Positions 26,110 through 39,591 of a stretch of 64,000 bases of DNA are shown here, piece by piece. The stretch spans positions 79,422,001 through 79,486,000 of the forward strand of contig CM126215.1 in the NCBI GenBank assembly GCA_052327205.1, read 5' to 3'. The notes beneath the pieces were generated by a model. It searched no databases, had not been told where the DNA came from, and saw only the letters and a program-made list of their open reading frames with translations. Both the position numbers and the translations under genes were made by a program. The number at the start of each line of letters is the position of its first letter. Position 1 is the stretch's first letter. This stretch comes from Somniosus microcephalus. Taxonomy: Eukaryota.

Positions 26110-27511
26110 ACCAATACGTTATCCTGACATCATTAGTAGGGAAAATGCTAGAATCTATTATTAAGGACGTGGTAACAGGGCACTTCGAAAGTAATAATAG
26201 GATTGGGCAGAGTCAACATGTATTTATGAATAGGAAATCGTGTTTGATAAATCTGTTAGAATTTTTTGAGGTTGTAACTAGCAGAATAGATGAGGGGGAA
26301 CCAGTGCATGTGGTATATTTGGATTTTCAGAAGGCATCCGATAAGGTGTCACACAAGAGGTTATTAAACAAAATTAGGGCTCATGGGATTGGGGGTTATA
26401 TACTAGCGCGGATTAAGGATTGATTAACGGACAGAGAACAGAGAGTAGGAATAAATGGGTCATTTTCGGGTTGGCAGGCTGTAACTAGTGGGGTACCACA
26501 AGGATCAGTGCTTGGGCCTCAGTTATTCACAATCTACATCAATGATTTGGATGAGGGGACCAAATGTAATATATCCAAGTTTGCTGATGATACAAAGCTA
26601 GGTGGGAATGTAAGGTGTGAGGAGGATGCAAAGAAGCTGCAAGGGGATATCGACAGGGTTAAGTGAGTGGGCAAGAACCTGGCAAATGGAATATAATGCG
26701 GAGAAATGGGAAGTTATCTACTTTGGTAGGAAAAATAGAAAAGCAGAGTATTTTTTAAATGGTGAGAGTTTGGAAAATGTTGGTGTTCAGAGGGACCTGG
26801 GTGTCCTTGTACACGAATTACTGAAAGTTAACATGCAGGTACAGCAAGCAATTAGGAAAGCAAATGGTATTTTGGCCTTTATTACAAAAGGATTGAGTAT
26901 AAGAGTAAAGACATCTTACTGCAATTATATAGAGCCTTGTTGAGACCGCACCTGGAATACTGTGTACAGTTTTGGTCTCCTTACCTAAGGAAGGATATAC
27001 TTGCCATAGAGGGAGTGCAACGAAGGTTCACCAGACTGATTCCTGGGATGGGGGGATTGTCCTATGAGGAGAGATTGAGTAGACTAGGCCTATATTCTTT
27101 GGAGTTTAGAAGAATGAGAGGTGATCTCATTGAAACATACAAAATTCTTACAGGGCTTGACAGGGTAGAGGCAGGGAGGATGTTTCCCCTGGCTCGGGAG
27201 TCTAGAACCAGGGGTCACAGTCTCAGAATAAGGGATCAGCCATCTAGGATTGAGATGAGGAGAAATTTCTTCACTCAGAGGGTGGTGAATCTTTGGAATT
27301 CTCTACCCCAGAGGGCTGTGGATGCTCAGTCGTTGAGTACATTCAAGGCAGAGATCGATAGATTTTTGGATATTAAGGGAATCAAGGGATATGGGGATAG
27401 TGTAGGAAAGTGGAGTTGAGGTAGAAGATCAGCCATGATCTTATTGAATGGCGGAGCAGGCTCGAAGGGCCGAATGGCCTACTCCTGCTCCATTTTCTTA
27501 TGTTCTTATGT
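26110..27511 (+). mobile_element. CR1 LINE, 5'-truncated and frameshifted
   Basis: RT motifs [20 protein letters not shown]; tail (ttcttatg)n. Appears to sit inside an older minus-strand LINE relic (about 25800-27950). Confidence 0.93.
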
Positions 27512-28269
27512 AATATGCTTTGAACAAATATGAAACAAGCATCAGAGTGATCAATTCAGAACTTAGGTAAGTTTGTTTATCCAATTCTAGTATTTGAAGG
27601 GTAAAATATTTCATTAATTTGAGAAGTTCAGAATATTCTTGGATAAAGTTTCAGAAAGTAGTGAGAAATCAGAGCTGACTTCATCAGATAAACCATTTAC
27701 TCCATGAATCACTATATACTTCCATGGTTTTAAAGCGAGTGATCATCAAACTGAGTACTGCACAACAAACTAAGAAGAAATGCACAATTATACCAACATT
27801 CAAAATAATAATCGCATCTTTGTATTCCGAAGGGAATTGGGAGATGGCTAAATTTTCCAACCATTGACTATGAGTGGGCAGAAAATGTAGCTCCATTCTG
27901 TCTTGCAATGCGTCATACTTCATCATATTATATAAAGAAACTTACAAATATAGCAGCACTCAAATACCATGTCAAGTAAATTGTACTGAAGATGAACACT
28001 GATCCTTAGCACCATGTACTGCATTAGAAACAGAACAGCATAAATATTCTGATAGAATCACCAGAAGGGTGGTGATGTGAGAAGAGTAGAGTACTAACCC
28101 CGCATATATTTCTGAGGTTATCTGCATATTCTCAGGAAGCTTCTGGCATGGAAGATCTATGATTATCATTGGGCAGGAAATCGCATGCTGCTGCAAAATT
28201 TAAAGACTTGCAATATCGTAAAGGGGCAGAATTGTGCTTTGCAAATCACTATCTTCTTTTTGCCAACAG

Positions 28270-28880
28270 CACTCCAAGCAGTTCAACAGGACACAGAAAG
28301 CCCTATTTCTCTGATGGGGCTGTTAAAATTCTGATGGAGGAAGTGAGATACAGGAAGGGAGCTTAATTCATGATGAAACACGCAGGGCCCCAGATGAGCT
28401 GCCCATCAAGAATGTTATGGGCAACATAACACACGCCTGGATGCAATATAAGGTTTTTAATGGCCTTATCAAATCAGCCAAGGTAAGATGCCTTCCATTA
28501 ATTTAGTACACTAAGCACCTATGACACTTACAATTACCTCCGGCCGCACACAGTCTTAAATTACTTTCAATGCTTGCCGTGATTGCCCATTTAGTACAGG
28601 GTGCAGATTAGCAACATCCTTCCTCTGGAAGTGCTCCTTCATTTATACTGTCGCATGCATTCCGACCAAAGTAATCCTACCATTTAATGTGACTGCATGC
28701 TAACATCTTATCTGATCAGAATAATTGCAACCATTCACTTTGACTCTAATTGCAGAAGAAGACAGCTCAAAACAAAAGAGAAAGCAAAGGAGAGAGGCAT
28801 GCAAGAGGAGGACTCCCTAACATTTATGCCCTAATCCGACATGAAAAGGAAGCTCTGCAAATCCTGGAGAGAGAGTGAGG
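28270..28880 (+). pseudogene. Decayed Harbinger Myb/SANT gene (exons 1-2)
   Basis: RKPYFSDGAVKILMEEV; FNGLIKSAK|gtaag donor at 28482; ttgcag|KKTAQNKRE acceptor near 28754, matching the exon pattern of the other copies. Confidence 0.6.
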
Positions 28881-29269
28881 TGAAAATAGAAGGATTGGCG
28901 TCCATGCAAATCGCTTTCTCCTGCTTTTTCTTTTTATATACTGAAAAACTTCTATTCGAAATTGTATGTGAAGGCTTCTCATAAGGACATCTTTGTCAGT
29001 CTGTTCCTCTTTTCCTTCTATAGGTGTGCCAGAGGAAGCCAAACCAGACCCAGTGACACTGAGCCATCGGCACTTCATAGCACACACCATCACTCACTCT
29101 ATCCCTCCCAAAGACCAGCCCAGATATAACCATCATGTGAAATTTAGATGGCGAGAGAGAGGGGAATGCACTGGGTGAGACACACAGCATAAGTGACCAG
29201 GAGCTGCTGACGGTGGCAGATGAGGAGCAGTTATCTGTTCCTCGAGTCCTCAACATTGACCTGTTGTCT

Positions 29270-29710
29270 GACATCTGCTGCCCTAGCCCTACACAACATC
29301 TCCTCTCCACACTTTCCCACCACCGATCACTTCCATCCCCTTCATTCCCTTATGCGTGTCACTACATCCTCCTCCTCTCCTCCTCTTTACCCTCCCCTGC
29401 TACTTGCTTCACTCACCCCATTCCTTCTCTCTCACCCCATCCCATTCCTCTCAGTCTGCATCCCATCATGCTCATCCAATTCCCTCACGCTCAAGCTCGT
29501 CGTACTCCCTGTCCCTTCTGCTTCCATTCCCACTTGTTTCCCTTTCACCTTACCCTATCGCTCGTATTGCTTCTCCTACCCATTCTCCTTCTCACCATCG
29601 GTCACCTCCCCTCACCGTCATTTCTGCATCCCCTCTCATTCAATCTCTTAACCACCTCTTGCCTATACAACCCATTCCCTAATAACCCAATCCTCCTCCC
29701 CTTTACCTCA
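29270..29710. repeat. Pyrimidine-rich low-complexity tract
   Basis: Strong C/T strand bias; produces spurious Pro/Ser/Leu-rich ORFs. Confidence 0.7.
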
Positions 29711-30309
29711 CCACAAGATAAAGAGAAACAAATTCAGGGTGGCTCAGTTTTCTTCATTCAATGTTTCACCCAAGATGGTGCTTGTGGCAGAATCACTATA
29801 CCATCATGTTATCATCATTCGCACATATTACCATTGAAATAATAAAAAAAATCACCATCTCCCCTTGAACTACTAAAATACCTAAATAACAAAAGGCATA
29901 ATCAAGACAATTTTCAGTAAGTGGACTATCTTGAAGCTGCAAAGGGCTGTAAATGATTTTAATCGGAATAAACATATTCACTATAGCAACAAAGCTGTGC
30001 AATATTGAAATCTGCTGGAAAACTAAATCAAATACAGTAACTTCAAAATCGTTTGCATTCAGAATGCAATATTTTGTGCACGTATGTATCTCACTGAGTA
30101 CATAAAACCCGAGAAATAATTTATATGTTGGCACTACAGCTTTAATTAAGAATTTCATTACTGCGCAATTGTGTTTATTAGGTTAATACAACTTTAACAG
30201 ATTCCGAAATGCCATGTAACAAATTATATTGAAATTCAAAGAGATGAATAGTAGCAGTATGAGTAATGATGTACTGATCACTCCTATAATATAAAGCATT
30301 AAAATAGAA

Positions 30310-30728
30310 AGAACTTGCATTTGTGAAGCACCTTTGACAACCTTAGGAGGTCTCAAAATGCTTCACAGCTAATGAAGTACTTTTGAAACATAGCAACCAA
30401 TTTGCACACAGCAAAGTCCCACAAACAGCAATGTGATAAGTGACCAGTTAATCTGTTTTTGGTGGAGTTGGTTGATGGATAAATACTGGCCAAAACTCCT
30501 GCTCTTTTTTAAATAGTGCCATGGGATTTATTATATCCACCTCAGAGGACAGATGGAGCCGTGGTTTAATGTCTCGTCTAAAAGATGGTACCTCTGATAG
30601 TGCAATGCTCCCTCAGTATTGCATTGAAGAGTAAGCCTAGATTATGTGCTGAAGCTTGTGGAGTGGGTCTTGAAACCATGACCTTCAGACTCAGAGGTAA
30701 GAGTACTACTACTGAGCCAAGGCTGACA
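30310..30728 (-). mobile_element. tRNA-derived DeuSINE (SacSINE1-like), diverged
   Basis: Reverse-complement similarity to 63548-64000. Confidence 0.8.
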
Positions 30729-32614
30729 GCTTACGAGATATTCTTGTCGTACACGATGCAGCCTTTTTTCTCCAGTTTTTCCCCCTTTTCCTGAAGGTGA
30801 TGACTTATGTTGGGATTTGGTACCAACGGCTCAAGCAAACCTCCTGTATCTCATCCAATCACCCAGTCTTCATGCATGAATTTAAACAGCGAGTACCAAC
30901 AGGCTTTTCAGCCAAATCTAAGTCTGCCCTAACCTAACGTCCATTTTCCAGCAAAGATCACTGGATAGCAATGAGGAACTTTAAACCACTCTGACCATGG
31001 GGCACTGAAGCCACTTATAACACCCCATCACCATCCTGGCTGAGATCAATTCATTCAATACTAAGAAGGATTGATTCTGGGATCTTCCTGGTTTACACTG
31101 CTTAGTTCCAGATTCGGCAGTGCTTTTATCAATCAAGCCATTGAAGGCTTTATAATGAAAAGAAACAACCTGTTACAGCAATAAAAAACAATATTGCAGG
31201 CATTAGAATACATGGAGCATCAGTTTTGGCAAAATTCAAAAATGGTATCAGGTTCTAACAGTTATACATTAATCAATTATATGATCTTCACAATGACTTT
31301 CAATTTACAGCATCTAGTTGACCACATCCATTAATATAGAACTGGTGATAATTCTAAAAAATGCTTGTTAAGTGATTCATAAATCTGTACAATATGTAAA
31401 AACCTGCAGGCTTCTCTCTAACTTCTAAGTGATATTCAATATGTATTGATAGGATTCACATGCACTGCACATATACTTGCTGTCAGCAAAGAACTACTTA
31501 TTTGTGAAAATTCTGAAACACTGACACTCTCTGTATGCCTCTGTCTCTGTCATTCTCTTTCTTCTGCTGCCTTTTGTCTTTGCCTTTTTAAGTCTGTATC
31601 TTTCTGCGCCTGACTTCTTTTTTCCAAAGCATTTTCTTTATTCTATCTCCCTTTCGCTTTGTTTTGATTCCTTTGTTTGCTGCCCTGTTAACGTAAAAGA
31701 ACGCTTTAATTTCCAATCAGGTTAATTAGAACTGAATGCAGTTTTGCAATCAACCTTTTTCATTTATCTCTACCCATCTTTTTAAGCCTCAAATGGTATC
31801 AGACACCCAATTAAATATCCATATTATGAATTCACATTTCTTGTAACTGTGCAGCCCAGTCGAAGCAGAAGTGACGGTTTCAGAGTGAAAATTCACAACT
31901 CTTTCTCTCAAGTTCTTTGAGCTGCAGAGCAGGAATTCTGTATCAGAAATGATTTGAATCAGCTAAGAATTTAAAGTAGCCAGCCCAAAAATTCCTTGGA
32001 TTGTGATTGAAGGGTTATTCTGGGATTGAACCTGCTGGTGCCCTCCATCATTGAGCACCCTCTCCCCGCCCCCCCCCCCAAAACCTCACCAGAGTTTCCG
32101 GGGTCAGTGGGAGGACATTTCATTTACATAAGGCAGGTGGGCATAAGCATTACTTCAGGCGGAACTCTGGTGCCTGCCTGCCCATGACTGCCAGAAACTC
32201 CAGTGCTCCTATTCTCTTGAGCAATGACATTGAGCTCGAGCCCCTTCTCTCAACTCCAGCCATGGTCCCCTCATCCTCTTGAGCAAATCCCTGTAAAATC
32301 TGTAAAATCCCTTTGTCTCAGAGGCCAGGTGAAGTCGGTGGAACGAAATAGTTTAACACTATCGCACAAAGTCAAAATCTATCCTAAAGAGATGAGGTTT
32401 TCCAAACATTTCCTTATAAATTGGTCCTTTGATATTAGAGTTCAGCCTCATCACCCTTCTCTGCATCATTTCGAGGGCTTGGATGTTTACCTTATAACTG
32501 AACACAATGTTCAAGGTGCGGCCTGATCAGAGCACTAAGCAGCTTCAGCATTATGGCATCTGGTGATGATGATCAGGAATGAATGGTAGTAGGCAGCCAT
32601 ACTATTTGTTGTAT

Positions 32615-32851
32615 TCTTCTTCTTCTTCTTAGGCAGTCCCTCGGAACCAAGGCTGACTTGCTTCCACATTAAAAATGAGTTCTCAGGTGACTGATGAGTC
32701 CAACGCGGGACCTACAGTCTCTGTCACAGGTGGGGCAGACGGTGGTTGAAGGGACGGGTGGGTGGGGTGCTTGGGTTGACGTGCGCTCCTTGCGCTTGGT
32801 TTGCGCTTGCTCCCGGTGAAGAGACTCGAGATGTTCAGCGCCTTCCCGGAT
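32615..32851 (-). mobile_element. RTE-clade LINE 3' fragment
   Basis: C-terminal CPTCDRDCRSRVGLISHLRTH motif; (GAA)n tail; probable TSD tt(g/a)ttgtatt. Confidence 0.8.
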
Positions 32852-33717
32852 TATTGTATTAATTCCAATGGGACAAGTGGATTGTTCACCCTGAGGCATG
32901 TTTTTCCCAGCTAAATAATATATGAAGTTGAGTTTTGCCTTTTGCAGTGAGCATAAAGAATGTTGAAAAAAGCCGATTATGGTAATTAACAAATGATTCA
33001 GCAGCATATTGTAGGTGGGTTCTGATTGACTGTTCAGTTGTGCATTAGTTATAAAGCATCTGACTTCCAAAAATGTTGCTCCTAAATATCCTCCTTCCTC
33101 TGACTAGTTAGGTTCCTTGGAAACAACCTTTTTTTTCCAGAATTCAGAGTTCGCTCCAAGCTGATCTTTCGGGTGAGTTCCCTCAACAACAAAATCTTCT
33201 AGTTTAGATCCTCAAATGTATTTTGAGTAGGGAACTGCAGGTCAAAACAATACTAATTTGGCATTTAACAGAGATTAATCCTTCTTCAAGTTCTATATTC
33301 TAAAATTGAATAAAATGTTACACTCAACTCTTTCTAGATTACAACAATAAAAATATCCACTGTTGAATGCGGATGTGAAACACCAGAAAGGACTTTTGTT
33401 TCTTCGCTGTACTGACACAGCCCACAATTAAATTTGGCACAGTTCACGGTTAAAAGCTCAACCAAAATCTCTGATTATATTCATAATTTCAGGTTACTCC
33501 ATCTTCTTAAACAACAAAACAGCAATTTGTATTCATATAGCAGTTTTAAAATAGTAAACATTATCAGATTCTAAGTTTACTAAGGAGGTGGATGCTGACA
33601 AAATATCGGCAGAAGTGGAAAAGGTAGAAGCAATGGAAGGGTGAAAATTGATAGACAGGATGTACTAAAAAGGCTGTGTATGCTTAGAGAGGATAAGTTG
33701 CCTGGTCCAGATGGCTT

Positions 33718-34702
33718 CAAATCAAATCAAATCAAATCAACTTTTATTGTCATTGTTAGTGCACAAGTGCAGTACAACGAAATGTAGGCTTGCGGCTCCC
33801 GAGAGTGTACAATTTGGATTAGGACACTTAAACATTTCAACATACATTTGTACATATATATTAGCATAAATATGACCATAATAAAGTGCATCGGCAGATG
33901 TGCAGGCTTTAGTGTTTATTTGTGGAGTTCAGTAGGATGACAGCCCTGGGAAAGAAGCTGTTCCTAAATCTGGTCGTGCGGGTGCGAATGCATCTGTAGC
34001 GTCTTCCAGATGGTAGGAGGGCGAACAGACTGTGGCTGGGGTGGGTAGGGTCTTTGATGATGGACCGTGCCCTCCGTAGGCAGCGTTTCTGATATATATG
34101 TTCTATGGTCGGTAGCCGGGTGCCGGTAATGCATTGGGCAGTTTTGACTACCCGCTGCAGGGCTTTCCGGTCATGGGAGCTACAGCTGCCGTACCATACT
34201 GTGATACAGTTTGTCAGGGTGCTCTCTATAGTGCAGCGGTAGAAGTTAGAGAGGATCGGGGGTGACAGATTATATCCCTTCAGCCTCCTCAAGAAATATA
34301 GGCGCTGCTGGGCCTTCTTCACCAGAGAGGAGGTGTTGAGGGACCAGGAGAGGTCTTCCGTGATGTGGACTCCGAGGAACTTAAAGCTGGCCACCCTTTC
34401 CACCTCCGCCCCATTGATGTGGATGGGGGTGTGACTTCCGCCTTTGGACTTCCTGAGGTCCACGATTATTTCCTTTGTTTTCTTGGTGTTAAGGGCCAGG
34501 TTGTTGTCGGCGCACCACTTCACGAGATGCTGGACCTCCTCCCTGTAGGCTGACTCATCGTTGTTGGTGATCTGGCCTACTACCGTGGTGTCATCTGCAA
34601 ACTTGATGATGGTGTTGGAACCATTAACAGCCACACAGTCGTGGGTGAAGAGGGAGTAGAGGAGGGGGCTCAGCACACATCCTTGTGGGGCCCCCGTGTT
34701 CA
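33718..34702 (-). mobile_element. Rex1/Babar-type LINE, 5'-truncated, RT C-half still open (33909-34702)
   Basis: GAPQGCVLSPLLYSLFTHDC, KFADD, KKAQQRLYFLRRL, HPSHSLFALLPSGRRYR; (ATTTG)n tail; 5-bp TSD GGCTT. Confidence 0.88.
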
Positions 34703-36088
34703 GGCTTGTATCCCAGGTTGCTAAGGGAATTGGGGAAGGAGATAGTGGAAGCGCTTGCCATAATTTTCCAATCTTCCCTAGACGTGGGGGAGGTGCATGA
34801 GGATTGGAAAGTGGCAAATGTGACACCATTGTTCAAGAAAGGGTGTAAGGAGAATCCTAGTAACTATAGGCTGGTCAGTTTAACATCAGTGGTGGGTAAA
34901 GTTTTAGAAACAATAATCAAGGAAAAAACTAACGGGCACTTGGAGAGGTTTAAGCTAATTAAGGAGAGCCAACCAGATTTGTAAAAGGCAGATCATGTTT
35001 GACTAATCTAATTGAATTTTTTGACGAAGTAACAGGGAGGATTGATGAAGGGAATGCAATGGATGTTGTCTACATGGATTTTAGGAAGGCGTTTGACAAA
35101 GTACCACATAGAAGGCTGGTTAACAAAATTGAGGCTCATGGAATAGGTGGGTCAGTGGCAGCTTGGATGAGGAATTGGCTTAAGGACAGAAAACAGCGAG
35201 TTGTGGTAAATGGCTGCTTTTCAGACTGGAGGATGGTAGACAGTGGTGTTCCCCAAGGGTCAGTGCTGGGGTCACTGCTTTTTTTGATATATATAAATGA
35301 CCTGGATATTGGAATACAGAGTAGAATTTCTAAATTTACTGATGACACCAAACTTGGGGGTGTGGCAAACAGTGAGGATGATACCAAGCGACTGCAACAG
35401 GACACAGAAAGGCTAGCTGAATGGGCAGACAAGTGGCAGATAGAATTTAATACAGAGAAGTGTGAGGTGATGCATTTTGGCAGAAGGAACAGAGAGGCAA
35501 TATACACTTAATGGCACAGTTTTAAAGAGTGTGCAGGGACAGAGGGACCTGGGAATTAATGTGCATAGGTCTCTGAAGGAGGCGTGACATATTGAGAGAG
35601 TGGTTAACAAAGTAAGTGGGATCTTGGGCTTCATAAATAGAGGTATTGAGTACAAAAGCAGAGAAGTTATGCTGAACCTTTATAAAGCGCTGGTTAGGTC
35701 ACAACTGGAATATTGCGTCCAGTTCTGGTCACCACACCTTAGGAAGGATGTGAAGGCCCTTGAGAGGGTGCAGAGGAGATTTACCAGAATGGTTCCAGGG
35801 ATGGGGGATCTTAGCTACAAGGACAGGTTGGAGAAGCTGGATTTGTTTTCATTAGAGCAAAGGAGGTTGAGGGGTGATTTAATAGAGGTGTACATGATTA
35901 TGACAGGTTTGGATAGGCTAGACGGGGAAAGGCTGTTCCCACTAGTTGATGGTACAAGGACTAGGGGACACAGATTTAAGGTTTTGGGCAAGAGATACAG
36001 GGGGATGTGAGGAAAAACTTATTTACGCAGCGAGTGGTGAGGACCTGGAACTTGCTGCCAACGGAAGTGGTGGAAGCGGAGACACTCA

Positions 36089-36774
36089 GGCCTAGAAATT
36101 GAGTTTTGGCTTAGCCAGGGCTTTAGCGCCGGAAGTTAGTGCTGGCGCTAAGTCCCCCTGCGCGCGCCAAAAATTCAGCAGGGCCGCGCCCAAACGGCTG
36201 CCGGCGCTACTGAAGGGTCTTTGCGGCGGTAAATCGGCGCTAACTGCCGTTTCGCGCCGCAATTCCGGCGCTGCGGCACCCGATGCGGTGCGGCAGGCTC
36301 GGGAAGTGCAGGCCTCCTCCTTCCCTTAAGGAGGAGCTGCCTGCACCCGATCGCGGCCCGCGAAAATCTTTTAAAAAATGAGCCCGGCACCTCGGACAAG
36401 TGCCGGGCTTGCTTCTGTTCCGAGGGGGGGGGGGGGGAAGTCCGGGGAGGGAGCTGCGGCCAGGCGGCCGGCGGGAAAGCGGCCGGCCGCCGCGGGGCCT
36501 TTAATGCGCCGGCGCAAAGACTCGTAAGACTCTGTTGCCAGAGTCTTAGTTGCGGCTGTCACGGGTGAGGCGGCCGCAACTGAATTTCGGCGCTGGGGCC
36601 CGTCGGCATGGCAACCGGGACGCTGCGCACACCGATGACGTCATCGGTGCCGGCGCAGCGCTACCGGTCTACCGCGGCGTAAGGGCCCCAGGCAATTTCG
36701 GCGCCGGCGCCAAATGCAGCGTTAGGCCCTCTAGCGCCGCAAAATCGGCGCTAAGGGCACTCAATTTCTAGGCC
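36089..36774. mobile_element. Young GC/CpG-rich Harbinger MITE, 686 bp
   Basis: Perfect 16-bp TIR GGCCTAGAAATTGAGT; TSD TCA; interrupts the CR1. Confidence 0.93.
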
Positions 36775-37223
36775 TCAATGTTTTCAAGGGGAGACTGGAT
36801 AGGCACTTGAGGGAAATGAACTTGCAGGGCTACGGGGATAGAGCGGGGGAATGGGCCAGACGGGATTGCTCTACAGAGAGCCGGCACGGATTCAATGGGC
36901 CGAATGGCCTCCTTTTTGCCGTTATGACTCTATGGAGGGAAAAATTTGGTTTATTAGCGCCTCCTGTTTGCGCCCTAAGATGTTTGTGCCGCTCGCGAAA
37001 TTGACCAGAGTTTTTGCGATCTCCTGCGCCTGCAGATCATGATGTCAGCCGAGCGTGCGCCCTGGACTGGATATTGAGTGGCGCCCCCTTCCTTTCCGTC
37101 TGCCGCTAGCAACAACAGGGAGAATGGAATGTTTTGCAGTCGGGAAGGGACTGGGGGAGCACGATTTAAAGTCGCCCTCTTCCTGCCTTTTTTTGTGGGA
37201 GACATTTTTGCACCACGCATTCT

Positions 37224-37241
37224 GAGAGAGAGAGAGAGATT

Positions 37242-37283
<42 letters not shown>

Positions 37284-37289
37284 GAGAGA
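37224..37289. repeat. (GA)n microsatellite
   Basis: Directly visible. Confidence 0.95.
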
Positions 37290-37475
37290 CTTCTGGAGAG
37301 GTTCAACGCTGTGTGAAGTAGTTTTGGCTACTGAGCATCACTTTGCAGGTTCTTTTGGATTTGACCTTCATTGCTTCGATTGTCAAGAGACGTTGGGGGC
37401 TGCACTGATTTGAGGTGTCGTTCTGCGCCTGCAGAATCGGAGGCATCAGAAACGCAGAGAGAGAGAGTGGCAATC

Positions 37476-38411
37476 ATGGCCAGGGGGAGGAGGGCCAAGA
37501 GGCCTCTGCACAGGAGACCTTACCCTCCCAGGGTATTCCGGGAACAATTCTACATTCATTTGTCTGAGGAGCAGTGTTTCCGAAGGCTGCGCTTCAGCAA
37601 GGAGGTGGTCACTGAGCTCTGCCACCTGCTGCAGTCAGATCTGCAGCCTCAACTGAGGACCAGGGCATCTCTGTCGGTGGCAGTGAAGGTGACAGTGGCT
37701 CTGAATTTTTATGCCACTGGCTCCTTCAAGCAGCTACTGGGGACATCGCCAATATCCCCCATGGTGCAGGGCGCCATTGACTGCACGCAGGTGGCATTGC
37801 AGGCACTGCATGAGAATGCAGAGGTTTTCTGAAACCGCAAGGGGTTCCACTCCTTAAATGTCCAGTTGGTCCAGCTGATACTCACCGTCAATACCCGCTA
37901 TCCTGGCAGCAGCCACGATGCTTTCATCCTGCGCCAGACTAGTGTGCCAGACCTTTTCCAAGCACCACATCAGCCAAGTGTCCTCGAGGACAAGGGTTAT
38001 CCACCCTGCACCTGGCTGATGACACCGCTCCGTAATGCCAACACCCCTGCCGAGCTGCGGTACAATGAGAGCCATATCGCCACCAGGAACATAATTGAGC
38101 AGAGGATCGGCGTGCTCAAGCAATGGTTCCGCTGCCTGGATCACTCAGGAGGAGCCCTGCAGTACTCTCCTGAGCGAGTCTCCCTCTTCATAGTTGTGTG
38201 CTGCATTCTTCATAACCTGGCAATCCTCAGGACCCAGCCAATGCCACCAGGTGCACCACCGGAAGAGGAGGAAGAGGAGAAGGAGGAGGAAGAGGTGGAT
38301 GAGGAGGAAGAGGAGAAGGAAGATCAGACGCTGCACCAAGGCGGGAGGGAGGCCCACAATGTGGAAACTGCAAGGGCCGTCCGTCAATGGCTGATAACAA
38401 GCCGCTTCTAG
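37476..38411 (+). pseudogene. HARBI1-like transposase with internal deletion, stop and frameshifts
   Basis: RRPYPPRVFR, VKVTVALNFYATGSF, MVQGAIDCT, TGA at 37830, [33 protein letters not shown]. Confidence 0.9.
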
Positions 38412-38559
38412 GCCCCTACTCAGAAGATGGCTTCTGGCATAGAGAACAACATGGTGGAAAGCAACTCGCAACCCCTACAGCCGGCCAAGGCAGCAATGAT
38501 ACCAAAGGCCAAACATGTAAATTTTGAATACAACAACTTCTTTATTTTACAAACTCTAT

Positions 38560-39400
38560 GGGCTCGAATTTATCAATGGGGACGTGATGGAGGCGGAACT
38601 TCCACTTTTTGGGTTGTAGTCCCGCCTCCATCGACTTGTGGCCAACCCACGCTATTTTCCCTTAATTGACCTTGTTAAGCCCACCCAGCGGGCTCAACAG
38701 GCCAATTAAGGGACACCTGGTTACTGGTGACATCAGCGATTGACATTTCATCTGTCAAGAGCTTTTGACAGATGAAAAATCAGCGTTTGACAGCTCTGTG
38801 AAGCTGTCAAACACTGACAATCTGTCTTCTAACTTGAGTCCTTCTACTCAGACTCAGAGAGCTCTCCAGACCAGAAAGCAGAATGCTGCAGCTTTTGACA
38901 GTTCAGCGGCCATTCTGCTTTCTGTGCCGGTGAACTGAGGGATTCCCGAGAACTGAAGGAAGGAAGCCTGCAGGAGAAAGTAAAGGTAAGTAAGCCTTAT
39001 TAAAACACTTTACACTTACCTCACACACTTACCTCTGCACACATGCACCCATCACTCACCTGCACAACGGACATCTCAACCCCTCCAACCCCTTCAGACC
39101 GACGGTCCGCCTCGCTAACTTGGCGTGGTTCGGAGCCTTCGGGAAGCCCACACTTCAGGGCTAAAAATAGGGATTAGGCAAAAAACTGCCTGTTAACTAC
39201 CTGTTAACAGGCAGTTAATTGGCACTAATCCCCTTCCCGCCTCAGGGAGGCGGCTCCCAGTACAGGTCGGATACTTGCCTCCTGGGACATTGGCACGGAG
39301 GCGGGTTGGGGCGGGATGGATTTCTGCCCCCCCGATTCTGCAATTTTCCCACTACTCCCGCCTCTAAACCCGCCTCCACGGGGCTTGGAAATTCGAGCCC
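38560..39400. mobile_element. Harbinger MITE (841 bp) nested in a Harbinger element
   Basis: Perfect 12-bp TIR GGGCTCGAATTT; TSD TAT; related inverted copy at 52326-53158. Confidence 0.9.
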
Positions 39401-39591
39401 TATGTGTGTCATTTATTCATGACAAACTAATAGAAACAAACACAACAAATCATTAATTAACATAACTGGTTCTCACAAGCTGGAGATAACGGCCAAAACA
39501 CTAAACAAAAGTTATCAGATGAACCTCGGCCTTTAATAAAAACATTCCCAACATTTCTTGAGACCTCCTACTTTTTGCCCTTCGAGGGTGA

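Larger units (their letters stand above)
33570..36933 (+). mobile_element. CR1 LINE carrying nested Rex1/Babar and MITE insertions
   Basis: RT remnants 34703-36088 (MDFRKAFDKV, GVPQGS, FTDD); the sequence resumes across both insertions; tail (tatgactc)n. Confidence 0.9.

Noticed and set aside
29213-29842. 209-aa and overlapping Pro/Leu/Ser-rich ORFs
   Set aside because: A by-product of a pyrimidine-rich tract that lacks stop codons.
33909-34829. 306-aa ORF as a single gene
   Set aside because: The first ~42 residues are antisense CR1 sequence; only 33909-34702 belongs to the Rex1/Babar fragment.
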